Assembly (NCBI GenBank): GCA_964416435.1
Contig: CAYQEG010000013.1
Location: forward strand, 1,924-65,923
Direction: 5' to 3'
Origin: an uncultured Rickettsiales bacterium
GTDB lineage: Bacteria > Myxococcota_A > UBA796 > UBA9615
DNA length: 64,000 bases
The notes beneath the pieces were generated by a model. That model saw only the letters and a list, made by a program, of their open reading frames with translations, was not told the DNA's origin and made no database searches. The number at the start of each line of letters is the position of its first letter. Positions within the stretch are counted from its first letter, which is position 1. Made by a program: the position numbers and the translations under genes. Positions 38,626 through 48,427 of this stretch are shown here, in pieces.

Positions 38626-41600
38626 TACAGGGCGCCGACCGCGAAGTGCAGCTGGATCCACTCGCCGAGGGCGAGCTCCGGTACGCGGGAGAGCTGCCCC
38701 GGTCGCACGGCGACGTCGAGCCGGAGCGGGCCGATGGGCGTCAGCCGGCGCAGGCCGACGCCGACGGAGGTCGACAGCCCCGGAGCCCGGCTGGGGTCGA
38801 TGCCGTCGGGCACCATGCCGTAGATCAGGGCGTTGCCGCCGTCGTGGAAGATCGCGAACCGCCAGCTCCGCAGGCCGACGATCGGCACCGCCAACTCGAC
38901 GGTGTAGCGATAGAACGCGTTGCCCCCGACCGGCACGGTGCGCTCCGGCAGGTCGCCCTGCAGCAGCCCGACGTCGGCCAGGGCGCCCGGCCGCGAGCCC
39001 GTCGGCCCGACCTGCTCAAGCGGGAAGCCGCGCAGCGTGCCGGTGCCTCCGAGCCGGAACCGCCACTCGACCGGGGGCATGTCGCCGTCGTCGTAGCTCC
39101 AGCCGATGCCTCCGGCCCCCTCGAGGGTCAGGCCGATGTCCTTGCCCAGGTCGATCAGGCCCACCACCCGCGCGGTCGCCCGGCCGAACGCCGGGGAGTC
39201 GGCCTGGACCCGCCCCGGCGTGGTGTCGACCGCGAGCGTGGCGAAGAGGCCTTCGCGGGGGTTGAACCGGTCGTCTCGCCGGTCGACGGTGACCGAGAAG
39301 CCGAACAGGGGGATGGTCCGGTAGTCGCTGAGCGTCGGGCGGTCCGCCGGCGTGTCCGGCTTGCCGGCGAGCTGGGCGACCGTGTCGACGCGCAGCGCCT
39401 GCCGCCACTGGACCTCGGAGCGCAGGTCCAGCGCGAACCACTCGCTGCCGCGCCACGCCAGCGAGATGCCGACCGAGCTGCGGCGCACCCGGTAGGTCGG
39501 CTCGTCCAGCTCCTCGTTGGCGAGCGCGGAGACGGTGGCGCGGACCGGCACGCCGGGGGGCAGCGGCAGCTCCACGCCGAGCGACGCGCGGTAGTCGATG
39601 CGGGGCTGGATGCCGATCAGGAAGCGCCAGTCGAGGCTCGCGCGGCCCCGCAGGAACACCGACAGGCCCCGCCCGTCGAGGTTGCGGGCCCGGACCTCGC
39701 CGCTGACCCGGGGGCCGTCGTCGGGCCACGTCACGCCGGTGGCGCCGACGAAGGTGAAGCGGTCCCGCTCGTTGACCCGGATCTCGACGTCCCGCACCCG
39801 GCCCGTGGACTGGGCGGGGCGGAGCACGACCCCGTCGAACAGGCCCGTGCGGAGCAAGCGACGCTGGGCCGCGGCGACCGCCGACGGCTTGAAGACGTCA
39901 CCCGTGCGCAGGATCTCGAACGGCTTGTCGGCGACCTCCCGCCGGATGAGGCCCACGTGCGTGAACCGGTTGTCTCGGACGATCACCTGGCCGAAGCGGG
40001 CCTCGGGGCCGGGGGTCGCCTCCAGGCGCAGCCGCACCAGCGTGCGGTCGTCGGAGAACTCGCGGTACGCCTCCACGCGGGCCTCGATGAAGCCCCGCTC
40101 GGCCAGCTCGGCGCGGGCCTCCCGGACCAGCTCCTCCAGCTCGGCCGGGTTGAACGGCTGCCCCTCCACCCGCGACTTCCAGTCCTGCACCAGGCTGTCG
40201 GCCACCGGCACGCCGAGGTCGACGGTCAGCCCGCCGGGGTCGTCGGCCTGCTCGGGCCGCTCCACGAACGTGCGCACCCCCTCGTCGACGTCGAGGTGCA
40301 GCAGCACCCGGCGTCCCGGCGAGCCGTCCGGCAGCTCGGGCACCGACTCGTCCCAGTCCAGCCGCACGTCCAGGTAGCCCCGGGCGCGGTACCAGTCACG
40401 CAGGACCGACGCCGCCTCCTCCATCGCCCCCTCGGTGTAGTGGCGTTGGTAGATGGGCAACCCCAGCAGCGACGCGAGCAGCGGGCGGTGGCCGATCACC
40501 TCCGGGCTGGCGTCCTGCAGCCCCTGGAGCAGCTCCTTGGAGGTCGCCAGCTCGTTCCCCGCCGACGAGAAGTCCCGCGGATAGAGCACCACGCGGGGCC
40601 CCTGGTCGACGTCGAAGCGGAGCACCCGCACCTCGTCCACGGTCGGCAGCTTCTCCGGCGGGACCCCCGGGGGCGGCTCGTACGGCACCTCGCTGACGGT
40701 CGTCTCGACCTGGGCGTGGTAGTAGCCCCGCCGCCGCAGCCAGCGCAGGAGCTGGCGACCCGCGTCGTCGGCGTACGCCTGGGACGCCCGCTGGGACGCC
40801 TCGAGCCCGACGACGCGCTCGTGCATGCGCTGCCGCCGCGGCGGCAGCCCGTCGAACTCGGCCCGCACCAGGGGACCGGCCTCGATCGGCAGCGCGACGG
40901 AGACGGTGCGCTGCTCCGGGTCGGCCCGAACGTCCACCGGCAGCGCGCGGTCCCGCCGTCGGGGGGCGAGGATGCGGACCTCGACGTAGCCCTCCTTGCG
41001 GTAGCGGGTGAGCAGCCGGTTGACGGCGAACTCGAGGTCGGCGCGGCGGTAGATCCTGCCGACCCGCAGCCGGGGCCGGAGCAGCTCTTCGATCCGCTCG
41101 GCCTCGAAGCCCGAGACCTGCGACGGCAGCACCCGGACCTCCCCCACCCGGTAGGCCGGCCCCTCGTTGATGTTCAGCTCGATCACGCGACCGCCTCGCC
41201 GCGCGACGAACACCTCCGGGAGGACCTCCACCTCCAGGTAGCCCCGGTCCCGGTAGAACGCCTCCAGCTCGCCCGCGAGGCGCACCTCGTCGGTGGCGAC
41301 GTAGGGGTCGCCGCGGCCGCGCGAGAGGGCGGCCCGCACCTGGGGAGGCGGGATCCGACGCACCCCTCGCAGCACGATCCGGCGGATGCGGGGGCTCGGC
41401 ACGAGCACGAACGTCAGCGCGACGCCGCCGTCGACTTCGCGCACCCGGGCCTGCACGTCGTCGAACTGGCGCAGCCGGAACAGCAGCTCCAGGGAGCGGC
41501 CGACGTGACGGGGGTTGTAGGGCTCACCGGCCCGCTGCTCGATCAGGTAGGTCAGCTCCTCCGTCGGCACGCCGGAGGGGGCCTGGAACTCGACCGAGAC

Positions 41601-41714
41601 GACGGTCCGACCCGTGTACCGCGTCACCCACCGCCCCTCCTGGGCGACGGCCGGCGCGGCCCCGAGGACGACGGCCAGGAGCGCCCAGCCGACAGCGAGC
41701 CGGAGCCGCGTCAC
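38625..41714 (-). CDS. Omp85 family (TamA/BamA-like) outer membrane protein with POTRA domains
   Basis: Multiple POTRA repeats (Y..RGY), DRRDDRFNPREG, FRLGGTGTLRGF, GVGLRRLTPIGPLRLD, C-terminal HFAVG. Confidence 0.9.
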   Translation of the reverse strand: MTRLRLAVGWALLAVVLGAAPAVAQEGRWVTRYTGRTVVSVEFQAPSGVPTEELTYLIEQRAGEPYNPRHVGRSLELLFRLRQFDDVQARVREVDGGVALTFVLVPSPRIRRIVLRGVRRIPPPQVRAALSRGRGDPYVATDEVRLAGELEAFYRDRGYLEVEVLPEVFVARRGGRVIELNINEGPAYRVGEVRVLPSQVSGFEAERIEELLRPRLRVGRIYRRADLEFAVNRLLTRYRKEGYVEVRILAPRRRDRALPVDVRADPEQRTVSVALPIEAGPLVRAEFDGLPPRRQRMHERVVGLEASQRASQAYADDAGRQLLRWLRRRGYYHAQVETTVSEVPYEPPPGVPPEKLPTVDEVRVLRFDVDQGPRVVLYPRDFSSAGNELATSKELLQGLQDASPEVIGHRPLLASLLGLPIYQRHYTEGAMEEAASVLRDWYRARGYLDVRLDWDESVPELPDGSPGRRVLLHLDVDEGVRTFVERPEQADDPGGLTVDLGVPVADSLVQDWKSRVEGQPFNPAELEELVREARAELAERGFIEARVEAYREFSDDRTLVRLRLEATPGPEARFGQVIVRDNRFTHVGLIRREVADKPFEILRTGDVFKPSAVAAAQRRLLRTGLFDGVVLRPAQSTGRVRDVEIRVNERDRFTFVGATGVTWPDDGPRVSGEVRARNLDGRGLSVFLRGRASLDWRFLIGIQPRIDYRASLGVELPLPPGVPVRATVSALANEELDEPTYRVRRSSVGISLAWRGSEWFALDLRSEVQWRQALRVDTVAQLAGKPDTPADRPTLSDYRTIPLFGFSVTVDRRDDRFNPREGLFATLAVDTTPGRVQADSPAFGRATARVVGLIDLGKDIGLTLEGAGGIGWSYDDGDMPPVEWRFRLGGTGTLRGFPLEQVGPTGSRPGALADVGLLQGDLPERTVPVGGNAFYRYTVELAVPIVGLRSWRFAIFHDGGNALIYGMVPDGIDPSRAPGLSTSVGVGLRRLTPIGPLRLDVAVRPGQLSRVPELALGEWIQLHFAVGAL

Positions 41715-44700
41715 TCGACGTCCACTTCGAACTTGAGGTCGAGGCCGAAGTTGCCGAACGCGGTGCTCGCCGCGTCGTCGCGCAGCCAGGAGCCCTCCAG
41801 GTACAGGTTCCGCTGGAACTTGAGCTGGGCCCGGGCGACCGTCGGCAGCTGCAGCTCACCGGTGGTGAAGACGCCGACGCCGCCCTCCAGGGTGAGCAGG
41901 TCGGGCACCACCTCCTTGGTGGCGACCGCCCAGACGGTCGTCGCGCCGGTGGTGTCGGTGTAGACCGGGGCGATCTCGACGCGGTCGGGCACCAGGATGT
42001 CCGCCACCCGGCTGCTCCCGCCCACCGACTGGCCGAACGACGTCGCCGCGGTCTCGGTGTAGGTGCCGAAGCCGGCGCCGCCGCCGGCCGCGAGCAGCTC
42101 GGCGACGTCGGCGTCGGCCAGCTGCTCCTGGGTCAGGCCGAACAGCAGCAGCAGGTTGATGTCCGACTCCGTCAGGTAGGGCGTCGCGCTGGACTCCAGC
42201 TGCATCCCGTTGAGCGGCCCCGACAGGCGATAGGTGATCTCGTAGCTCTCGTCCCGGCTGACCACGTCGGTGGTCATGCGCACGCCCTCCAGCTCCGGGA
42301 ACCAGCTCTCGCTGTCCCGGAACCGGGCGAAGCCCCCCTCCATCTCGAAGTCGTGTCCCTTGTACGGGATCGTGCCGCCCTCCAGCTCGACCGTGCCCTC
42401 GAGGATCACGTGGTTGGTGTCGCCCCTCACGCGGAAGTCCCGCGCCGTGCCGGACAGCTCGCCGACATTGTTGCGCATGCCGAGCGCGCCTTCGTCGCTC
42501 CGGAAGAGGAGGTCGATGTCGAACAGGCCCGCGCGGTCGGTGCCGGCGACGGTCTCGGTGAACCGACTCTGGAAGGTCAGGACCGAGCGCTGCCAGTTCA
42601 GCGGGTCCCGCAGGACCATCTCCTTGACGAAGATGTCGCCGCGCAGCACGAGCTGGTCCGGGGCGGTGCCGACGAACCGCAGCTTCATGTCCCCGCTCGC
42701 CGGCGGCAGGTACGACGGGTAGCGCACGGTGCAGTCCATGCACTCCGCGCGGAGGTCGTACTCGCGCGGCTTGTAGCCGGTGCGATCGAGGCGAATGTAG
42801 CTGCCGTCGAGCTTCTGCAGCGTGCCGCCCCCCATGCGTCCGGCGAACTCCACGAGCCGCAGGTAGCCCTGGTCGAGCTCGATGACCGCGCGGTCGACCT
42901 GGATCGGGTGGGGCCAGTAGATCGTCTTGAGCAGCGCCCCCTCCAGCACCCCGCGCCCCTCGATCTCCACCGCGCTGGTCGACCGGCCGCTGATGTCGAA
43001 GTCGAGGATCAGCGCCTGCGCCTCCGCCCGGTCGAAGACGTCGTAGGCGAGGTCGGCGAACGCTACGTCGACCCGTCCGCGGATCTTCACGGACAGCGGC
43101 CCGTCGGGTCGGATCCAGCCGCTGACGGTGAAGTCGGTGCGACCGTCGCCCTCCTCGGCGCTGACGAGGTGGAGCTGGCGGAACTGGATCGCCCCTCGCT
43201 CCAGCCCGATCTCCACGTCCTCGCCGGCCGCCGCCTGGACCTTGTGGCGGCCCCGCTCCAGCCAGACGTCGTCCAGGGTCAGCACGACGTCGTGGAAGGA
43301 GTCCCGGAGCGTGCCGTCCCCGTCGAGGCGGCCGGACATGCCCGCGGTGACCGGCTCCACCTGGGTCAGCACCGTGCGGGGGAGCAGCGGCGTCAGGTCC
43401 AGCTCGGTCCAGCCGAGCCGGTAGTCGTACTTCCAGAGGCCGTCGGTCCGGAGCTCCGCCTCGGCCGACAGCGTCCCGTCCAGGCCTCCGCCCCGGGCGA
43501 GCAGCAGGTGGTCCTCGATCTCGAAGTCGACCCGGGCGTCCCCCAGGGCGTTCCCCCGATAGATGAGGTTGGCCAGCTCGACCCGACCGTCCAGGGTGAT
43601 GTTCTTCAGCGTGCCGCCGATCCGGGCGTTGCCCGAGACCCGCCCCGACACCCAGGGGCCGGTGCCTCCGGCGAGCTCGACGAGGTCGCTGCTGGGTCCG
43701 TGGGGGAACAGGCGACGGATCGGCTCCAGCTCCGCCAGCTCCATGGTCGGCAGGCGGAACTCGAACTCGACCGCGCCCCCCGGAGCGATGGAGCCGCGAC
43801 CGAAGAGCACGTCGCCGCCGAGCTTGCGGGCGAACGCCTCGGTGATGGTCAGCCGGCCGTCGCGGACCTCTGCGTCGAGGTCGACGGAGTCGAAGCGCTC
43901 CCACAGGTAGGCGGCGTCCCGGACCGCGATCGAGCCCTCCCCGTTGAGGGCCGCCGGGGGCCCCTCGAGGCTTGCCCGCCCCCACGCGTCGCCGGTCACC
44001 CCGATCGCGTCGCCGAAGAAGATCGGCAGCAGGTCTTCGGCCCGGCCGTGGCCCTTGGGCACGACGGCGTCGACGTTGATCTCGAGCTTCTCCCGCATGC
44101 CGCCGCGCCGGACGTCGGCGAAGAGGACCCGGACCTCGGACTCGAAGTCGGTGGAGCCCCGGCGGCCGAGCAGGTCGGTGAACTCCAGGTCGGACCGGGA
44201 GTGCCAGTGCACGTCGCCGCCCACCTGGCCGAACGGCCACTTCGTGAACACGAAGTCGTCCAGCTCGATGGAGCCGCGGATGTCCAGGTCCTTCGTCGGC
44301 CCCTCGACGAACGCCTCGACCTGGCCCACCCCCTCGACGTGCAGGCCGGCGATCGCGTTGTCCACGTCGCTCAGCTCGAAGTGGCGGCTCTTGACGTCGA
44401 TGACGAGGCCCAGCGGCTTGAGGAACAGGAAGTCCACCGACGCGTCGAGCACGGTGCCGTCCGGGCCGGTGATGGTGGCCGGGCTGAGCAGGCAGTGCTT
44501 GCCGGTCATGGAGATGGTCGCGTCGACCACCGCCCGGGGGACCCGCAGGATCTCGGGCCGCGGCCCCGGCTCCTCCCAGCTCACCCCCGAGACCAGCATG
44601 TCGTCGACGACGAGGTGGCCGTATCCGCCGGCCCGGAACCCGGCCTTGGCGGTGCCCTCCAGCCGGCCGTGGCCGTCGATCCCCATCGTCACCCAGGACC

Positions 44701-45868
44701 CCGGCACGGTCGCCGAGTCGAGCACCTGTTCGAGGCGCAGTCCGCGCATCTCCAGGTCGATCTCGAACGGCATGTCTCCACGGAGGTCGAACCACCCCTC
44801 GGGCTTGATGACGCCGCCGCCCCAGTGCAGCGCCGACTCGGTCTCGATGACGACGTGGCCGTCGCGGAAGTGGCCGATGAGGACCGGGTCCTCCCCCTTG
44901 AGCACCAGGGGACGGGGCTTGGTGAGGTGCACGACGATCGCGTGGCCCTGCACGTTGAACGTGACGAGCGGCTCCTTACCCTGCCCCGACAAGCCGAGCG
45001 CGACGTCGACGCGACCCTCCATGGACGGCAACTGGGGCCACACGGAGCGCAGCTCCGGGAGCTCCACCTCGGCCCGGGCGGTCAGGCCGTAGGTCATGGG
45101 GCGGGCCTGGGGGGCGCCCGGCGGATCGGGCAGCCCGACGACGCCGCCCAGCTGCACGCGCCCGGACGCGAAGTCGACGATCGAGTCGCCGAGCGTGACC
45201 ACGCCCGACTCGACCGTGAAGTTGCTCGGCGCCAGGGACGCCTGCTCGCGGATCGCCCCGGCGGCGAGGGCGACCCGCGCGGCGCCAGCGGTGCCGACCC
45301 CGTTGCCGGCGTCGTCCTGCTGGAACGCGAGCTCGACCCCGCTGGCGTCGATCACCACGCCGGCCGGGGCGAGGGTGACCAGCGCCGCGGCGTCCTCGAC
45401 CTGCAAGGCCGCGAGCTGGACCTTGGGGCCGGGCTGCCCCCCCTGGGGACCGGCCCGCTGGGGCGGCTGGAAGTCCCGGAGCTTGCCCCCCTCGACCGCG
45501 AGCCGGACCCGGGGGCGCACGACCTGCAGGGACCGGATCGGGATGACCTCCCGGTTGGGCAGGGCGTCGAGGGCGAGCCGCACCTCGTCGACGGTGGCGA
45601 GGGGCCGGCCATCGTCGGAGTGGAAGGAGACCTCGACGAGGCGCACCGCCGGCGGCAGCAGCTGCTCCACCTGGACGTCGCGAACGTACAGATCGCCGCC
45701 GAGCTGCTCGCTGCCGACCCGCACGAGCAGCAGACGCAGCCGCTCCGCCGCGTCGTCGCTCTGCAGCCAGAGGACGGCCGAGACCAGAGCGGCGACGAGC
45801 AACAGCGCGAGTCCGAGGAGCAGCCGGGCGATCCGGGTGCGCCGACGGCGCTTCGGCGTGCGTGCCAT
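41711..45868 (-). CDS. tamB: Translocation and assembly module TamB-like protein
   Basis: N-terminal TM anchor, long beta-taco repeats, C-terminal DUF490-like segment (LESSATPYLTESDINLLLLFG). Adjacent to an Omp85 gene. Confidence 0.8.
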   Translation of the reverse strand: MARTPKRRRRTRIARLLLGLALLLVAALVSAVLWLQSDDAAERLRLLLVRVGSEQLGGDLYVRDVQVEQLLPPAVRLVEVSFHSDDGRPLATVDEVRLALDALPNREVIPIRSLQVVRPRVRLAVEGGKLRDFQPPQRAGPQGGQPGPKVQLAALQVEDAAALVTLAPAGVVIDASGVELAFQQDDAGNGVGTAGAARVALAAGAIREQASLAPSNFTVESGVVTLGDSIVDFASGRVQLGGVVGLPDPPGAPQARPMTYGLTARAEVELPELRSVWPQLPSMEGRVDVALGLSGQGKEPLVTFNVQGHAIVVHLTKPRPLVLKGEDPVLIGHFRDGHVVIETESALHWGGGVIKPEGWFDLRGDMPFEIDLEMRGLRLEQVLDSATVPGSWVTMGIDGHGRLEGTAKAGFRAGGYGHLVVDDMLVSGVSWEEPGPRPEILRVPRAVVDATISMTGKHCLLSPATITGPDGTVLDASVDFLFLKPLGLVIDVKSRHFELSDVDNAIAGLHVEGVGQVEAFVEGPTKDLDIRGSIELDDFVFTKWPFGQVGGDVHWHSRSDLEFTDLLGRRGSTDFESEVRVLFADVRRGGMREKLEINVDAVVPKGHGRAEDLLPIFFGDAIGVTGDAWGRASLEGPPAALNGEGSIAVRDAAYLWERFDSVDLDAEVRDGRLTITEAFARKLGGDVLFGRGSIAPGGAVEFEFRLPTMELAELEPIRRLFPHGPSSDLVELAGGTGPWVSGRVSGNARIGGTLKNITLDGRVELANLIYRGNALGDARVDFEIEDHLLLARGGGLDGTLSAEAELRTDGLWKYDYRLGWTELDLTPLLPRTVLTQVEPVTAGMSGRLDGDGTLRDSFHDVVLTLDDVWLERGRHKVQAAAGEDVEIGLERGAIQFRQLHLVSAEEGDGRTDFTVSGWIRPDGPLSVKIRGRVDVAFADLAYDVFDRAEAQALILDFDISGRSTSAVEIEGRGVLEGALLKTIYWPHPIQVDRAVIELDQGYLRLVEFAGRMGGGTLQKLDGSYIRLDRTGYKPREYDLRAECMDCTVRYPSYLPPASGDMKLRFVGTAPDQLVLRGDIFVKEMVLRDPLNWQRSVLTFQSRFTETVAGTDRAGLFDIDLLFRSDEGALGMRNNVGELSGTARDFRVRGDTNHVILEGTVELEGGTIPYKGHDFEMEGGFARFRDSESWFPELEGVRMTTDVVSRDESYEITYRLSGPLNGMQLESSATPYLTESDINLLLLFGLTQEQLADADVAELLAAGGGAGFGTYTETAATSFGQSVGGSSRVADILVPDRVEIAPVYTDTTGATTVWAVATKEVVPDLLTLEGGVGVFTTGELQLPTVARAQLKFQRNLYLEGSWLRDDAASTAFGNFGLDLKFEVDVE

Positions 45869-45887
45869 GCCCATTGATTCTAGACGC

Positions 45888-45923
45888 GCGAAGCCCGCCA
45901 CCTGTTCTGGGGGCGGGCTTCGC
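45888..45923. terminator. GC-rich 12-bp hairpin after the tRNA/repeat transcript
   Basis: Arms gcgaagcccgcc and ggcgggcttcgc. No clear U-tract, so a terminator or processing stem is only likely. Confidence 0.45.
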
Positions 45924-45931
45924 TCGAGACT

Positions 45932-46213
45932 TGGAGCGGGCGATGGGATTCGAACCGCCGCCGCAAGGTCGGCGACGCAAGTCGCAGACCGAGGAGGCAC
46001 GCGCCCGCAGGTGCCACACGAAGCCAGAGGTCTTTCGGGGGACGCCTCCCCTCCGCCAATGCGGGGGGGAGGTGGAGCGGGCGATGGGATTCGAACCGCC
46101 GCCGCAAGGTCGGCGACGCAAGTCGCGGACCGAGGAGGCACGCGCCCGCAGGTGCCACACGAAGCCAGAGGTCTTTCGGGGGACGCCTCCCCTCCGCCAA
46201 TGCGGGGGGGAGG
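45932..46213 (-). repeat. Two tandem 141-bp tRNA-linked repeats, each ending in the 25-nt 3' end of tRNA-Gly
   Basis: Units 45932-46072 and 46073-46213 are identical except A/G at 45986/46127. TGGAGCGGGCGATGGGATTCGAACC recurs at 45932, 46073 and 46214. Confidence 0.95.
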
Positions 46214-46288
46214 TGGAGCGGGCGATGGGATTCGAACCCACGACAGCCAGCTTGGGAAGCTGGAACTCTACCCCTGAGTTACGCCCGC
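46214..46288 (-). tRNA. tRNA-Gly (anticodon CCC)
   Basis: GCGGGCG-TAACTCAGGGGTAGAGT-TCCAGC-TTCCCAA-GCTGG...GTGGG-TTCGAAT-CCCAT-CGCCCGC-T-CCA forms a full cloverleaf with encoded CCA. Confidence 0.97.
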
Positions 46289-46303
46289 CCAGGGCGGCGA
46301 AAA

Positions 46304-48379
46304 CTAGTGCAATCCGAGGTCGTTCGCAAGCGCGGCGACCCGGTCGGCGACCTCGCCGTCGCGGAAGGCGGAGTCCCGCTCCACGATCTTGCCGAAGATC
46401 TTGTAGGCCCCGTTGCGGTTCCCGGCGACCTCGTAGGTGACCCCTAGCTCGAACATGATCCGCAGGACCTCTTCCTGCGCGCCTGGGCCGGCCGCGAGCA
46501 GACGTTTGTAGGCGTCGACCGCGCCGCGGAAGTCGTGCATCCGGCGCAGCGAGTTGCCCAGGTGCTCCAGCGCCTCCTTGACGCGCTCACCCGAGTCGAT
46601 CGCCCGCTGGAACTCCACCGCGGCGTCCTCGTACTTGCCCGAGGAGTAGTACGACTTGCCGATGTCCACCGGGGAGGGTGCGTCCTCGAGCAGCGAGTCG
46701 TCGTCCAGGTCCAGGTCGAGATCGGCGAGCAGGTCGCCCAGCAGGTCATCGCTGTCGCTCATCGGCGGGGGGGTCGGCTCCGGGCCGGTCACCGCCGGGG
46801 TGTCCGCCTGCGTCGGCTCGTCCTCGAGCACCTGCTCCTCGTCCCGGTCCAGGAGCGTCTGGTCCATCGACAGGTCGATCTCGGTGGGCGGGCGGGAGCC
46901 GTCGGTCAGCTCCTGGCTCAGCTCGGCCGCGAGGCGCTGCATCTCGTCGTCGTCGAAGTCGAACTCGTCCGACAGCTCGAGGTCCATCTGCCCGGTCGGG
47001 TTGGGCTTGTCCGCGACCGAGCCGGCGAGGCTCGAGCCCAGCTCGACGGCCGCGGCCATGACGTCCGCGTCGTCCGTCGACCCGCCGCCGTCGTCCTCGG
47101 AGTACTCGCCCATCGCCTGCACGAAGGCGTCCAACCGGGCCTGGGCGGCGCCGTCGTCGGGGGCCAGCTCGACCGTGCGCTGCAGGCAAGCCCGCGCGGC
47201 CCGGTAGTCGTGGAGGTCCATCGCCAGCTCGTACATCACGCTGAGCTGCTCGGCCGCTCCGGTCACGTCGCCGGAGCCGACGCGGAGCCGGACCAGCGTG
47301 CGATGCACGTCCCACGAGCCGGGGTACTGCGCGGCCGCCTTCTCGAGGCCGTCGGCCGCCTTGTCGGCCAGCCCGTACTGCAGGTAGACCTCCGCCTCGG
47401 CCACCGCTCGGGCGACGTCTTCGGGCGCCTCCCGGGGCTCGCTCAGCTCCAGGCCCGAGATGACCTCCTCGCCGCCCGGGAGCTCGAGGCTCGCGTCCTC
47501 GTCCAGGTCGGAGCTCGACGTCGGATCGATCTCGGCGATGCGGTCGTACACCTGGTTGCGGTAGTCCTCGTAGCCGAGCGTGTCGTAGATCTGGGCCAGC
47601 TCCTTGAGCACCGCGACTGCCCGATCGCCCTGCCCCAGGTCGACGAACGCGTCGGCGAGGAGGTTGAGCGTCTCGGTGTCCTGCGGGTCGGCCTTGAAGC
47701 AGATCTGCAGCTTCGCCAACGCCCGCCGGGCGTCGCCGCGATCCAGGTACAGGTCGGCGAGGCCGCGCACGAGGCCGAGGTCGTCGGGCTTCAGCTCCGA
47801 CATGTGCTCGTAGGCCTTCGTCAGCCCCTCGTTGTCGCCACGAGCCTCCAGGCTCTCGGACAGGCTGCGCCAGACCTCGAACGCGCCCATGTGATCCGCT
47901 TCCCGCATGTAGAGGGAAGAGAGCTTGTCGGCGTACTCGAGGCTGTCGGGGTTCAGGCGCAGGAGCTTCTCGTAGATCTCCACCCGCTCGCGGACGGAGC
48001 CGTGCTCCTCGAAGTGCTGGGCCACGATGTTGAAGTGGTCCATGGCGTCGCTGAGGAGCGCGAGCTGCTGGTAGATCTCGCCGAGCGCGAGGTGCCACCG
48101 CATCTGGTCCGGCTCGAACCGGAGCATCTGCTTGTAGATGGCTGCGGCCTTCGGATAGAAGCCGCCACGCTCATACGCCTCGGCGACGACCTGGAACTCG
48201 CGCATCGCCTCGGCAATCTTGCCTTGACGAGCGAGCAGCTCCGCCACCTTCTGGCGCACACGAAGGTCCTTGGGGTCCTCGCGGACGATCCGCGAGAGCT
48301 CCTTGAGGGCCTTGTCGATATTGTTCCGCCCGAGGTGCTTTTGCGCTGTCGCGAGCACCTTGGCTTTGTCCAACGCCAA
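46304..48379 (-). CDS. sgmX: SgmX-like TPR protein (type IV pilus polarity activator)
   Basis: N-terminal TPR array with GGFYPKAAAIYKQML and RALAKLQICFKADPQDTETL, acidic linker, C-terminal TPRs. Same position after accB-accC near the pil locus as I recall for Myxococcus sgmX. Confidence 0.75.
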   Translation of the reverse strand: MALDKAKVLATAQKHLGRNNIDKALKELSRIVREDPKDLRVRQKVAELLARQGKIAEAMREFQVVAEAYERGGFYPKAAAIYKQMLRFEPDQMRWHLALGEIYQQLALLSDAMDHFNIVAQHFEEHGSVRERVEIYEKLLRLNPDSLEYADKLSSLYMREADHMGAFEVWRSLSESLEARGDNEGLTKAYEHMSELKPDDLGLVRGLADLYLDRGDARRALAKLQICFKADPQDTETLNLLADAFVDLGQGDRAVAVLKELAQIYDTLGYEDYRNQVYDRIAEIDPTSSSDLDEDASLELPGGEEVISGLELSEPREAPEDVARAVAEAEVYLQYGLADKAADGLEKAAAQYPGSWDVHRTLVRLRVGSGDVTGAAEQLSVMYELAMDLHDYRAARACLQRTVELAPDDGAAQARLDAFVQAMGEYSEDDGGGSTDDADVMAAAVELGSSLAGSVADKPNPTGQMDLELSDEFDFDDDEMQRLAAELSQELTDGSRPPTEIDLSMDQTLLDRDEEQVLEDEPTQADTPAVTGPEPTPPPMSDSDDLLGDLLADLDLDLDDDSLLEDAPSPVDIGKSYYSSGKYEDAAVEFQRAIDSGERVKEALEHLGNSLRRMHDFRGAVDAYKRLLAAGPGAQEEVLRIMFELGVTYEVAGNRNGAYKIFGKIVERDSAFRDGEVADRVAALANDLGLH

Positions 48380-48407
48380 AGCTATTTCCCCAGCTAAGCG
48401 AGTTGGT

Positions 48408-48416
48408 TTTATAGCA
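48408..48416 (-). promoter_or_regulatory. Extended -10 promoter element (TG-C-TATAAA) for sgmX
   Basis: AT-rich intergenic region between accC and sgmX. Confidence 0.5.
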
Positions 48417-48427
48417 GTGAAACGAGC

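Noticed and set aside
45869..46141. N-terminal extension of TamB with repeated peptide (ORF track start 46141)
   Set aside because: It is a read-through of the non-coding tRNA-linked repeats. The real start is near 45868, just before the TM anchor and after a TAGAAT -10 element.
45932..46238. CRISPR array (three 25-bp direct repeats at regular spacing)
   Set aside because: The intervening sequences are 116 bp and near-identical, the repeat is the tRNA 3' end, and no cas genes are present.
45932..46288. attL/attR of an integrated prophage or island at tRNA-Gly
   Set aside because: Only 116 bp lie between the copies, with no integrase or cargo. A remnant scar cannot be excluded, but no element can be called.
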